A DNA stretch of 64,000 bases from Octopus vulgaris (GCA_951406725.2 OX597827.1:8928001-8992000), one strand, 5' to 3'. Counted from the stretch's first letter, positions 14,700 through 27,039 are shown. Numbers and translations are program-made. The notes: a model not told the origin generated them from the sequence alone.

Positions 14700-14809
14700 G
14701 GGTAGACAGATGCATAGATAGATGGGTGTAGACAGACAGACAGACTGACAGGCAGGCAGACAGACAGACAGGCAGGCAGGCAGGCAGACAGACAGACAGA
14801 CAGACAGAC

Positions 14810-14848
<39 letters not shown>

Positions 14849-14873
14849 CAGATAGATAGATAGATAGATAGAT

Positions 14874-14936
<63 letters not shown>

Positions 14937-14990
14937 GGATAGATAGATAGATAGATAGATAGATTGGTTGATTGATCGATAGATAGATAA
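14460..14990. repeat. (TTGG)n/(GACA)n/(GATA)n compound tetranucleotide array
   Basis: Direct inspection. Confidence 0.95.
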
Positions 14991-15061
14991 GCAAACACAT
15001 ACATGTTCTTAAAGCTGTATAAAAAATATGCTTGGCAAAACGTGATTACCTGACTAAAGTT

Positions 15062-15333
15062 CTATGCATCCTGTAGCTTTGGTACTGCTGGTAGTGGCTT
15101 GGAATAAGTGGTAAAACTGTTCTTTGTTGGTAGATTCCAGAGTTGAGGGTGAACATTGCAGTTTCCACTATTTAACGAAGTGGCTTTTTGATCACTAAAA
15201 CTCATTTTATTACCAGCATTAGATTGACAAGAACTCTTAGTGCTGGTTGTGGTACTACTAGATCTGCTGTATGTCTGAGGCAAAGATTTTCTGTCATGCA
15301 GTTGGAACTTTTCTGATTCATATGCTTTATAAT
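15062..15333 (-). CDS. Probable C-terminal coding exon of unidentified minus-strand gene (xYKAYESEKFQLHDRKSLPQTYSRSSSTTT...KPLPAVPKLQDA*)
   Basis: Strong acceptor (T)n-gtag|AT in phase 1; 90 open codons in AT-rich, non-repetitive DNA; S/T/P-rich disordered-tail composition; TAG stop followed 12 nt later by CAG|gtaatc. Confidence 0.65.
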
Positions 15334-15395
15334 CTACAAAAAAAAAAAATGAATAAAAGCTGATGTGATTTAATAAACCATATTTCAAATGATGG

Positions 15396-15436
<41 letters not shown>

Positions 15437-16094
15437 GCTCTCTCTCTCTCTCTTTCTCTCTTTCTTTCTCTCCTCCCTATAATTTTCTCCACATTACTTT
15501 ATTTCTACCTCAACCTCTTTTTTTCTGTGTCTCACATGTTCGCACATACACACACACAAATACAGAGTCCACAAAACCAGAATCTATTTTCTGTATTCCC
15601 AATTTTTATTGATTTTCTCATCATTCATCAACAAAGAAAAAAAAAAAACCGACCCCAAATCAAAAGTTCAAAAGATGAGAGAAAATGAATTATTCATCAG
15701 TTATGTGGACACCAGGAACATTGCAGGCTGACATTATAATGGAACTCCAAAAGCATGTAACACCATACGCTACCAGTGGATCACCAGCATGGAAGTAAAA
15801 TGCAATGTTATAATATGAAGAGAAGGTCAGCCTAATATGAATATTTTGATATGACAACCAGATATTTTACCTTAAAGTTGCACAACATCTATTTCACTTA
15901 ATTAAGTCATTTGGAATTCTAAAAACGATATCTTGCAACAGCATATTTTTATGTTTAGCATGTAGTACATTGTATCTGTGTGCTTGTGTGAATGTGTATA
16001 TACATGTGTGTCTGTGTATGTGTGTACAAATACACAAAATATACACACACATGTACATGCATACATATACGTGTGTGTGTGTGTGTGTAATATG

Positions 16095-16159
16095 TTACAT
16101 GGTAGAGATCTGACTCTGTTTCTGTAGCGTAACTGAATAACAAGCAGCTTGAATCTCTT
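16095..16159 (-). CDS. Candidate alternative terminal exon xEIQAACYSVTLQKQSQISTM*
   Basis: Strong acceptor ttttctatttttctgtag; the phase 1 peptide ends in S-T-M (class I PDZ-like). Phase 0 is also open (KRFKLLVIQLRYRNRVRSLP) to a T|gtaaca donor. Confidence 0.4.
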
Positions 16160-16616
16160 CTACAGAAAAATAGAAAAAAAAAAAAAAAATCGCTATCTCA
16201 AGCCATCTAAATTATTTGATTTGCAGGATTCTAGGGTGTTATACGATAGCTAGGAAACATTCGATGCATTTGAAGAGAAACTGTTGAAAACACAACTTAG
16301 AGGTTGTTTAACAATAGAATCGCATTAAAAAAAAATTTCTGAAAAATCAGCATTTATGTGTAAAGTATTAATACTTAAAATAAAACAAAAACAGGGACCA
16401 CGTCTGTCTTCTGAGTAAAAGTCAGGACTGTGACACCAACTGTTTTGAGATACATTTTAGGGGAAAATATGCTGTAAGATAAATCTAATTCAATTCAGAC
16501 AAATGTGTCTCCCATATTTCGCTTTCTAAGTGAAAGATAATTTAATAGGTGAAAATAAAGATAAGATATTTACCAAAGGAGATAAACCCATGTGACTGAC
16601 TTCAGCATAGACTTAC

Positions 16617-16631
16617 TGTTTCCAGCAACAT
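16617..16631 (-). CDS. Candidate 15-nt microexon (ATGTTGCTGGAAACA)
   Basis: Acceptor ggcttctag and donor gtaagt; frame-preserving (xVAGN in phase 1); weak pyrimidine tract. Confidence 0.3.
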
Positions 16632-17247
16632 CTAGAAGCCGAATTTTTTTTTTATAATTTCCAAAACTATTTGAAAATAATTAGTTTATTTCTTTAGAAC
16701 AAATGAATATTTCATCTCTAAATAGCTCTTAACTAGACACAAAAGTTTTTCATGACAGCAATGTGCCTGTATCACTTTAAGTAGTTATCATGCAAGAACG
16801 CATTTGGCATAAAATACTCTTCTTTCTCAATAAAACTTCCTTTATAGTTCATAATTAAGTCTTTTGCCCACTCCTATAATGAGCCCTGAAACAAATCTTT
16901 AGACCTTGTTAGTCGCATCCCACATCTAGCAGAACATAATCTGTCTACTTCCCTAAATACTGCACCAATTATTAAATGTAATCATTTATTTTGATAGCTG
17001 CATTCTGGCATTACCTACATTTATCTTACTCAATAATTCATATCTATCTGTGTCCATAAGATATAATGACGTGTGATAAGGAAAAGGTTTTTTCTTCAGA
17101 CAATGACTGTGAAATAACTAAACTGTCTTTACAATTAAATGCCATTCTCTCATAATTCCTGCTTGTAGATATTGTTGACAAGCAAATATAAAAGTGTCTT
17201 AGTCTCAATTCTTATTAATAAGAATAAGAATTTTGATACATTTATAG

Positions 17248-17659
17248 CTGGAGTGGTTGTGTGGTAAGTAGCTTGCTAACCAATCACATGGTTCCGGGTT
17301 CAGTCCCACTGCGTGGCATCTTGGGCAAGTGTCTTCTGCTATAGCCCCGGGCCGACCAATGCCTTATGAGTGGATTTGGTAGACGGAAACTGAAAGAAGC
17401 CTGTCGTATATATGTATAACTATATATATGTGTGTATATGTGTTTGTGTGTCTGTGTTTGTCCCCCTAGCATTGCTTGACAACCGATGCTGGTGTGTTTA
17501 CGTCCCCGTCACTTAGCGGTTCGGCAAAAGAGACCAATAGAATAAGTACTGGACTTACAAAGAATAAGTCCCGGGGTCGATTTGCTCAACTAAAGGCGGT
17601 GCTCCAGCATGGCCGCAGTCAAATGACTGAAACAAGTAAAAGAGTAAAAGAGTAAAGAG
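17248..17659 (+). mobile_element. SINE family A, full length
   Basis: Near-consensus copy. Confidence 0.9.
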
Positions 17660-18949
17660 CCTATTACATTTCTGGTTGAATCTTGTGAAAACACAACAGA
17701 AATTGCTACATATTGCTAACTTTAAAAGACAAACATGAGAGTAAACTTAGGCATAAACAAACCCATCTAGATTTGACTCATGCATTTTAGAATCATGGAA
17801 CCTAAGTGTAAAATGGCAAACCCTAGAATCTAAAGAAACTTGCTGATGGTCCATGCTAGCAACAATTAGTCTACAGGAAATTTTTTTTAGAAGAGTTGGA
17901 TAAGAGCTGCCACAAGGAAAATATATAATGTTTCAGGTACTACTTCCTTATTGGAGAGTGAAAAGAAGGAAGTGTAGTGTAGTCACTTTTTTTATTAGCT
18001 TCTAATCAGGAGGGGTGGCATGAATTGACACTATTACATGGTGTGTGAGAGTGGTGGATAGGAGGAATAAAAATATTCACAAAATCAGAGACCTGTCCTG
18101 AGTGCTTGCAAAAAATAGACTCCACTAAAGGTACTCAAAAGGTCAGGTGATGGTATTATACCAGGCAATGGATTAAGCCTACCAAATTGTGATGCAGATG
18201 AGTAAAAATGAGGCATCATCTTTAATTACTATTATGTAAGAAATTTTGTTTGTCCACAGCTTGTATGACAACATCATTTTTTTCTCTATTCTTTACTCTT
18301 ATACAAAAGACATGGGCCTGAAATGAGATTTTTTTCACTTCTCATTGAAACTGAACTTATTGAACTCTTCAATAAAATCTCCCAAGTGGCGTAGATTATT
18401 TTCATAAATTTGAAAGCAAATGCAGTTCAGAAATCTAAAATTCATAGAGAGGTGAATTTTACAAATAAAAATGTACACCAGATACTATGCAAGAATAGAA
18501 ACAAAACAAACTAAATAAAAAACATTTAGCAAAACTCAAAAGATGTGTTCGAAATAACTTATGAATAAAATAACATTGTGCCATAGAAAATTATCCATTT
18601 CATATCTATATAAACAAGTTGAAGATGACAGAGAATTGTTGATAAAAAATTAAATATGGCATTCTATAAATATCAACTATAACAATAACAACAATAAAAG
18701 GAAGAGTCAGATTAACCTACTTGAGAGCAAATTTGAGGATATGAAAACTCTTCTTGATGCTCTCAGAGATATGATGAAATTATTAAAGCTTAATTTTTTT
18801 TTTTTTTTGCTATATTACAACTATATTCAAAGTTTCCAGATACACTAAAGGATAAATGTGCAATATCCATGTTTAAATGATAGCATTTTACTAAGAAAAA
18901 GGCTCTTGTATTTGGTCCAATGAATACCTATATGTACACTCCTGAGATA

Positions 18950-19359
18950 CTCTTACTCTTTTACTCTTTTACTTGTTTCAGTCATTTGAATGCGGCCATG
19001 CTGGAGCACTGCCTTTTAGTCGAGCAAATCCACCCCGGGACTTATTCTTTGGAAGCCCAGTACTTATTCTATCGGTCTCTTTTGCCGAACCGCTAAGTAA
19101 CGGGGACATAAACACACCAGCATCGGTTGTCAAGCAATGCTAGGGGGACAAACACACACAAACATATACACACACACTTATATATACATATATACGACAG
19201 GCTTTTTTCAGTTTCCGTCTACCAAATCCACTCACAAGGCATTGGTCGGCCCAGGGCTATAGCAGAAGACACTTGCCCAAGATGCCACGCAGTGGGACTG
19301 AACCCGGAACCATGTGGTTGGTTAGCAAGCAACTTACCACACAGCCACTCCTGCGCCTA
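18950..19359 (-). mobile_element. SINE family A, full length
   Basis: Near-consensus reverse copy, inverted relative to 17248-17659. Confidence 0.9.
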
Positions 19360-20269
19360 CTAAGTAAATAAACATAACAATTGTAGCATCATATTGCTTT
19401 TTAATTTGTATTAAATAACAGCTAATTCAGATATTCAAAAAGGAACTCAAAGAATGATCAAAGAAACAAAGGGAGCAATAATGAATTAATTGACAAAAAA
19501 TTCCAATAGACAGTTTGTTCCAACCAGAACAGCTCCAAAAATTAGGTGGTTTTCAAACTGACAACCACACCCCAACAAAAAAAAAAAGAAAAGAAAAGAA
19601 GAAATGTTTTGCCCCTCTTCAGCCCTTTATTCAGGAGAAAATGAAACAGAGTTTACATCAATATGCTTTTCTTTTTCCACTATTGTGTTAGACAAGTTCA
19701 AAGGTGTGAAACCATCATAATTCCATTAAGCAGCACAATCTTCACAGTCTCCCTACCTCATGACAGACACTGCCTTAAAATAGTGGGTCTGTTAAGCCAA
19801 ACACAAATGAATCACTTCTAAGACTGTAGAATAAATTTTTAAAATATCCTCTTAGTTCTCTCTTGCTTTGCAGATCACACACACACACTCACACACATAC
19901 ACACACACACACATACACACACACATGCATGCACACATGCAAGAAACTTGTTCTACCATTGCCCCATTTTCTCTCATACTTTATGTCTCTCTACTCCTCA
20001 TCTCCCGTTATAAAGTACCCCCTCCATGGTGGCTCATAGTTTTGCAAGCTGCATAGTAACCCCCCAAGAGCTGATGACATGAAAAAAAATACCCTGTACA
20101 TGCTATAAAGTGGTTGATGTTAGGAAGGGCATTCAGACTTTAAAAAAAAAACATGTGAAACCATACACACACTGAAGCAGGATGAACTCCTTGGGCCAAC
20201 TGGATCCTCTCGAACTATCCAATTCATGCTAGCATGGAACATGAATGATAAATGATGACAATGATGATG

Positions 20270-20470
20270 ATGGTGGTGGTGGTGGTGGTGGTGGTGGTGG
20301 TGGTGGTGGTGGTAGTTATGGTGGTGGTGGTGGTGGTGGTGGTGGTGGTGGTGGTGGTGGTGGTGGTGGTGGTGGTGGTGGTGGTGGTGGTGGTGGTGGT
20401 GGTGGTGGTGGTGGTGGTGGTGGTTATGGTGGTGGTGGTGGTGGTGGTGGTTATGGTGGTGGTTGTGGTG
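20270..20470. repeat. (GGT)n microsatellite grown from a (TGA)n retroelement tail
   Basis: Follows a degenerate copy of the AGGAAGGGCATCC family (about 20060-20270). Confidence 0.9.
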
Positions 20471-20805
20471 GCGACAACAATGAAGATGACGATGATGATG
20501 ATCTCAGACAGAAAAATTTTCAAATACAGTAAAAGAATTGGAATGTCAATGCAAACATTGCTTCCACATTTTGTACCAAATTACCATTCGCCTTCAGTTA
20601 ATAAAAACACAGTAGAAATAACTAAGTATCAATCAAGTTCAACATGGAAATTTCCAGAGCCATTATTGTTGTGATTATTATTCAGTTCTAAATCAGCCCC
20701 GGTCGACAAAGGTATTCAAATTATGACCGTTTGTTTTTCCAGTTTTCAGGCAAAGTATAATTAGCCAAAGAGTCCTTTTGTTTTTAAGATGGTAGCATGT
20801 AACCC

Positions 20806-21063
20806 ATGCCGGTGGCACATAAAAAACACCATCCGTCCGTGGCCGTTTGCCAGCTCCGTCTGGCACCTGTGCAGGTGGCATGTAAAAAGCACCCACTACA
20901 CTCACGGAGTGGTTGGCATTAGGAAGGGCATCCAGCCATAGAAACATTGCCAGATCAGACTGGGCCTGGTGCAGCCTTCTGGCTTCACAGACCCTAGTTG
21001 AACTGTCCAACCCATACCAGCATGGAAAGCAGACGCTAAATGATGATGATGATGATGATGATG
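20806..21063 (+). mobile_element. Non-autonomous RTE-related retroelement (family E, (TGA)n tail) flanked by 132-bp direct repeats
   Basis: Contains GGTTGGCATTAGGAAGGGCATCCAGCC...CATGGAAAGCAGACGCTAAA(TGA)n; flanks 20662-20793 and 21064-21195 are near-identical. Confidence 0.8.
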
Positions 21064-21434
21064 ATTATTGTTGTGATTGTTATTCAGTTCTAAATCAGCC
21101 CCAATCAACAAAGGTATTCAAATTATGACCGTTTGTTTTTCCACTTTTCAGGCAAAGTATAATTAGTCAAGGAGTCCTTTTGTTTTTAAGATGGTGTAGT
21201 GTGATTTGACATAGATTCGGTAGCTATTTTGTCATGCTAAGTGACCATTTAGAGTACTTCTTGTTTGGTTTGCTTCTTGTAATGTTGAAACCATAAGTGC
21301 AGGTGATAAAACAGACCATACCAAAGAGTCATTGCAAAAGATGCAATACGCCTCCATAGTAGAAAATCAACAAACTGGTATACATAGTCATTTATCTATT
21401 ATATCATTCTTGAAACATTATAAATATATATTTA

Positions 21435-21838
21435 GACATAGGAGTGGTTGTGTGGTAAGTAGCTTGCTTACCAACTACATGGTTCTGGGTTCAGTCCCAC
21501 TGCGTAGCACCTTGGGCAACTGTCTTCTACTATAGCCTCAGGCTGACCAAAGCCTTGTGAGTGGATTTAGTAGATAGAAACTGAAAGAAGCCTGTCGTAT
21601 ATATGTATATGTATATATATATATGTGTGTGTGTTTGTGTGTGTGTTCCCCCCCCCCCCCCAGCATCACTTGACAACCGATGCTGTGTGTTTATGCCCTT
21701 GTAACATAGTGGTTCAGCGTAAGAGACCAAAAGAATAAGTACTAGGTTTACAAAGAATAAGTCCTGGGGTCGATTTGCTCGACTAAAGGTGGTGCTCCAG
21801 CATGGCCGCAGCCAAATGACTGAAACAAGTAAAAGAGT
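21435..21838 (+). mobile_element. SINE family A
   Basis: Head to tail recognisable. Confidence 0.9.
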
Positions 21839-22637
21839 ATATATACGCATATTAAGTTTTATATTTAAGTCCATGCGTTAATGTTTTGGAAACCCTGGAA
21901 TCAGAAAAACCAACACTTTAAAATTACTAAATTTAATAAGAAAAATATCAAATAATCTAAAGTTTTATGATTCTTAACAGAGGTGGAGAATATCATTCTT
22001 TACAATTCCCAAGAAAATGAGTCACAACAACTGTGTACTGTTCATGCATGTCTAAATTAACCACATCCAAAAACAATCTACCTATGTGAAATGAAATGAT
22101 TTCAAAATAAAAACGAAACAAAAGAAATTGTATTTAAAATGACTTTTTTAATCTTTTTATAAAGGAATTAATAACAAAATGATTAGAATTTTATAAAGTA
22201 TTTTGTATCAATCACGAAATATCTTCCTTTTCCTACTGTTTAGTGAGAATAGTTCAGGTTTTTTTTCTTTTCAGCGTAGAAGTAATTATTTATTGTTGAA
22301 CACAAAGCAAACTGTGAAAGTTTAAATCCAGTTTAAAGTTTGGTATTTTGTATTGTATTTATGAAAATAAGTCTTTATTGCCTCCCATCATGAGTATTAA
22401 TCTTCAATGTAAAGCACAGAGTGAATGTTTGAATCTAATTGAAGTATTCTATTTTAAATTGTTGTTTATATTTTTTCTTTCCTCTTCATCATCTGTAGAT
22501 ACATGTTTCATCATCATTATATTTCGTAGGTGCAGCTCATGGACAGTTAATGAATTTAAGTCAAAGTTAAGTTTTACAAAAGTAGGTGTATAAGGAAAAA
22601 TTGGAATGAAATTGTGGTGCGGTTAAAAGATACATAC

Positions 22638-22680
22638 TTCTACCGTGCTGGATGGGTTTAGCAACATTTAAATGTTTTCT
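22638..22680 (-). CDS. Candidate 43-nt exon (phase 0 to 1: RKHLNVAKPIQHGR; or phase 1: xKTFKCC*)
   Basis: Acceptor aatttcttcag and donor GAA|gtatgt, both consensus. Confidence 0.4.
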
Positions 22681-23649
22681 CTGAAGAAATTGATTCAAAT
22701 AGGTCAAATTTGGGACAGCAAGTTTATTTGTGGCAGCATTTGATGGCTAGATGTCCTTGCTGTTGCCAACCTTATTTGCTTTCCAAGTAAGGGATTTATT
22801 ACTGCACTGGTCTTTGAAAGTGTACAGTGACTGGTCATATCAACACACACACACACACACACACATTCACACACAAGCACACATACAGACAAACACACAC
22901 ACATGTGCAATGCACACATGCAAGCACACACACACGTGCACACACACACACATTTGTGTGACAAATTCCATACACTTTCCACCCGTCCATTATATTCACA
23001 AGGGCTAAAACATTTTTTACTGTATACCTACGGCTCAGACTGGCCTTACTTGGGTTTATCATTACCTACAATAAATATGATTTCATATATTCATCGTATT
23101 TAGATGAATTTTTTTTAAAGTAGAATACACCTGATCAAGGTGTCGTGGGTTTGCAAGGTGAACTTCTTAACCACATATCCATTTGATTAATTCAAATTCT
23201 AGTGTCATTCCTTTGCCTTCTCTGATCAGAATCAGTCATTAGAATAATGATTATTTTTTTTTCCTTCTTCACTATGATTTGAATTAATTAAAAATATCTT
23301 GTCTCACTAAACTGCAAATATTACAGTCACTTTTCATGCTATAAACATTCCTAGAGAATATCCTTCCATACAAGTATCAGGATACACAAAAGTATTTTGA
23401 CACTTAAAGATTGATGAAACAGAATCACATAAAGGATGTTTCAGGGTACAATCATCATCATCATTTGATATCCGTGTTCCATGCTAGCTTGGGTGGGACG
23501 GTACCACAAAAGCCGGCCAGTCCGAAGCTTTCACCAGACATCTGTGACTGTTTTGGCAGGATTTTTACAGCTGGATGCCCTTGCTAACACCAACCACTCA
23601 GCAGAGGGGACTTAGTGCTTTTATTTGGCTCAAACACATTTATAATCTA

Positions 23650-24017
23650 CTAGCAGGGAAATAACTATATAAGCATTTTTAGAGATGTAAAGTATAATAG
23701 CCATCTCAATATGGTTAACCACAAAGAGGGGGGGGTTACTGTAGCTTTTTACGTTCTGAGATTTAATAATAAATTTTTAGAGAGTTACTTCCCTTATATA
23801 TGCCAAAAATGCATTAAAAATGGAAAAAAATTATAGTAAATTTTTTTTAAAATCGCAGACTCATCGTAGACGTGCGCTAATACCCAGAAGGGCTCGATAT
23901 GAATCACGACTATAAGATACCCGGTTTTGGTTAAACTGCACCGCAAAATGTGGGAGTAGTTAGGAATCTAAATCGTAGGAGACAGACAGCACACAACCTC
24001 ACATTTATATATAAAGA
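23650..24017 (-). mobile_element. Non-autonomous Helitron with subterminal hairpin deleted
   Basis: Reverse copy of 27794-28177; 5' TC and 3' CTAG kept, CCCGAGCAACGCCGGG missing. Confidence 0.8.
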
Positions 24018-24103
24018 TATTTGTTCCATGCTATCATGGGAAAGTGGATGTTAAAACAATAATGATTTGAATCATTTCAGAAGGGAGTAAAACCATCAAT
24101 GGC

Positions 24104-24668
24104 ACTCCACTGGTGATGATGATGAGAGTTCCAGTTGATCCAATTAAAGTAACAGCTTGCTCATGAAATTAACACACAAGTGGCTGAGTGCTCCACAGAC
24201 GCATATACCTATTTCTTTACTACCCACAAGGGGTTAAACACAGAGAGGACAAACAAGGACAGACAAACGGCTTAAGTCAATTACATCGACCCCAGTGCAT
24301 AACTGGTACTTATTTAATCAACCCCGAAAGGATGAAAGGCAAAGTCGACCTCTGCGGAATTTGAACTCAGAACGTAACGGCAGACGAATTGCGGCCACGC
24401 ATTTTGCCCAGCATGCTAACGTTTCTGCCAGCTCGCCACCTTCCTACAGATGCATGTACCCTTAATGTAGTTTTTAGGGAGATTCAGCATGATACAGAAT
24501 ACGACAACACCAGACCTTTGAAATACAGTTGCATCAAATTTTTGCCAGCTGGGTGGACTGGAACAGTGTGTGATAAAGTGTCTTGCTCAAGGACACAGTG
24601 CATCACCAGATATTGAACTCAATACCTTACAATCGTAAGCTGAACACCCTAACCACTAAGCCACACAA
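24104..24668 (-). mobile_element. tRNA-derived SINE family C interrupted by a family B SINE
   Basis: Head gtgtggcttagtggttagggtg...tgtgtccttgagcaagacac; insertion at about 24211-24441. Confidence 0.7.
24211..24441 (-). mobile_element. SINE family B (core GCCTTTCATCCTTTCGGGGTCGATAAA..AGTACCAG)
   Basis: Near-identical to 46480-46716; about 16-bp TSD acagacgcatatacct / acagatgcatgtaccc. Confidence 0.85.
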
Positions 24669-24671
24669 CTT

Positions 24672-24973
24672 CAGCACAGCTCCCATGACTTTCGGAAACA
24701 TTTTTTCATACTAAGAGTTGCTGAAGTATGGAACAAACTGTCGGCATCAGTTCTTAGTTGTCAGAGCACTGCATCCTTCAAAACTTCCATGCTTCCTGAG
24801 ATTCGCCAACACTACACCTGATTTTCTCCCCTCCATACACACACAAGCATGTATCTGACTCATACACTGTTCGCTTTCTAGACATTTGTACATTACTACA
24901 TATTCTTTTGACAAGTTGTGGTGCACCTGAGCACTGTATACAATAATTTCATTATTATTATTATTATTATTAT
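24672..24973 (+). mobile_element. CR1-type LINE 3' end with (TTA)n tail
   Basis: Reads HFFILRVAEVWNKLSASVLSCQSTASFKTS, matching the FF..RV...WN.LP..V......FK end of CR1 ORF2. Confidence 0.7.
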
Positions 24974-25258
24974 TCACTAAAGCTATCAGTACATTTTGCA
25001 GAAAGACAAAATGAAAACTCTTAGTCAAATGTTCAAAAATATTTTGCTGTAATTTCATTGAACATTTACTGTTTGATATTAGAGAGTAGTTTTAATAGCT
25101 TCTGGTAATTCATTAAGCTTTTTAACACATACTATTACATATTTAATACACGAATAAAAAAATCTATAATTATAGTATATAATTAGATAAGTTTTTTTTT
25201 TTATTTAATATTTAATCTATTGTAGAAGTAATGCAAAAATAGTTACAAGTTGACTTAC

Positions 25259-25483
25259 ACACCGCCTGTGTATTTGCAATTCGTTGAGAATGTTTTGGGA
25301 TTATGTAGAAAGAACACACAAAGTATATTTGAGAAAAAAACAAACAAAGCAGTAAGATAAATATATCAATACAGATATGTTGTATGTGCAGTATAATTTC
25401 AGGAAAGAATATTTCAAAACTGTAAGCCTATATCGAAGCTCAAGATAGATAGAATAAGGGACATGTTTTTTCTGTAGATACAA
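25259..25483 (-). CDS. Candidate stop-containing cassette exon (225 nt)
   Basis: Acceptor tttatatacaaacag and donor TGT|gtaagt; phase 1 gives xVSTEKTCPLFYLS*, phase 0 gives a 60-aa hydrophobic peptide. Confidence 0.25.
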
Positions 25484-25735
25484 CTGTTTGTATATAAACA
25501 AATAAAATAATATTTAAAAGCTAAGAAGAAATCCCCCAGACTTAAATGCATCCACTTCAGCATTGTTGGTGCACTTAACAGTTAATCCCCAATATGATGT
25601 TGCCTTTTTAATCAGTTGTTATATGGCGGTCAGATGGTATCATTTGAAATTCTTAGCTAGAAAGTGCATTAAGCCAAAGTTAATAAAACTTTTGTTGCTT
25701 TTGTTGTTTTCTTAATACTAGTTAAATTGTTACTT

Positions 25736-25790
<55 letters not shown>

Positions 25791-25830
25791 GGGAGAGAGA
25801 GGGAGAGAGAGACGGACAGACAGACATATA

Positions 25831-25870
<40 letters not shown>

Positions 25871-26001
25871 CATATACATATATATATATATATATACATA
25901 TATATACATATATATATACATATATATATATACATATATATATATACATATATATATATATACATATATATACATATACATATATATATATATACATATA
26001 C

Positions 26002-26034
<33 letters not shown>

Positions 26035-26091
26035 CATATATATATACATATATATATATATATACATATATATACATATACATATATATAT

Positions 26092-26725
26092 ATCATCATC
26101 ATCATCATCATCATTTAACATCCGCTTTCCATGCTAGCATGGGTTGGACGGTTCAACTGGGGTCTGGGGAGCCCGAAGGCTGCACCAGGCCAGTCAGATC
26201 TGGCAGTGTTTCTACAGCTGGATGCCCTTCCTAACGCCAACCACTCCGAGAGTGTAGTGGGTGATTTTATGTGCCACCGACACAGGTGCCAGACGAGGCT
26301 GGCGAACGGCCACGCTCGGATGGTGTTTTTTATGTGCCACTGACACAGGTGCCAGACGAGGCTGGCAGACGGCCACACTCGGATGGTGTTTTTATGTGCC
26401 ACCTACACAGGTGCCAGATGAGGCTGGCAAACGGCCACGATCGGATGGTGTTTGTTACGTGCCCACAGCACGGAGGCCAGTCGATGCAGTGCTGGCTACG
26501 GCCACGTTCCGATGGTTTTCTTGTGTGCCACCGGCACTGGTACCAAAAAGATACAAATTCCATTGATGTTCATCTATTTTGATTTGTTTTGATTTGATTT
26601 TGATTTGATTTTCACTTGCCTCAACAGGACTTCACAAGTGTCACAAGAAGGAAGGTATGCACAGGTGGACTGACTACATCCCAGGTAGGGGCCACAGGTT
26701 ATGGCCTGACTAGTCTTGCCGGGTC
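26092..26725 (-). mobile_element. Family E retroelement, longest copy, with internal ~64-bp tandem repeats
   Basis: (TCA)n tail on the plus strand; 4-5 units of atgtgccac..acaggtgccagacgaggctggc..acggccac..tcggatggtg; extra 5' segment to 26725. Confidence 0.85.
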
Positions 26726-26775
<50 letters not shown>

Positions 26776-26832
26776 AATATACACATATATATACATATAA
26801 ATATACACATATATTTACATATATATATATAC

Positions 26833-26865
<33 letters not shown>

Positions 26866-26899
26866 CATATATATACATATACATATATATACATATACA

Positions 26900-26961
<62 letters not shown>

Positions 26962-26968
26962 CATATAT

Positions 26969-27023
<55 letters not shown>

Positions 27024-27039
27024 CATACGTGTGTCTGTG

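Noticed and set aside
22450-22622. Protein-like frame ...HELHLRNIMMMKHVSTDDEEERKNINNNLK* on the minus strand
   Set aside because: Preceded by a stop and lacks a good acceptor; probably chance.
26260-26540. Regularly spaced repeats suggesting a CRISPR array
   Set aside because: Tandem units without unique spacers, inside a eukaryotic retroelement; no cas genes.
26640-26725. HDV-like or twister ribozyme at the 5' end of family E
   Set aside because: Could not complete the nested pseudoknot or place the catalytic residues by eye.
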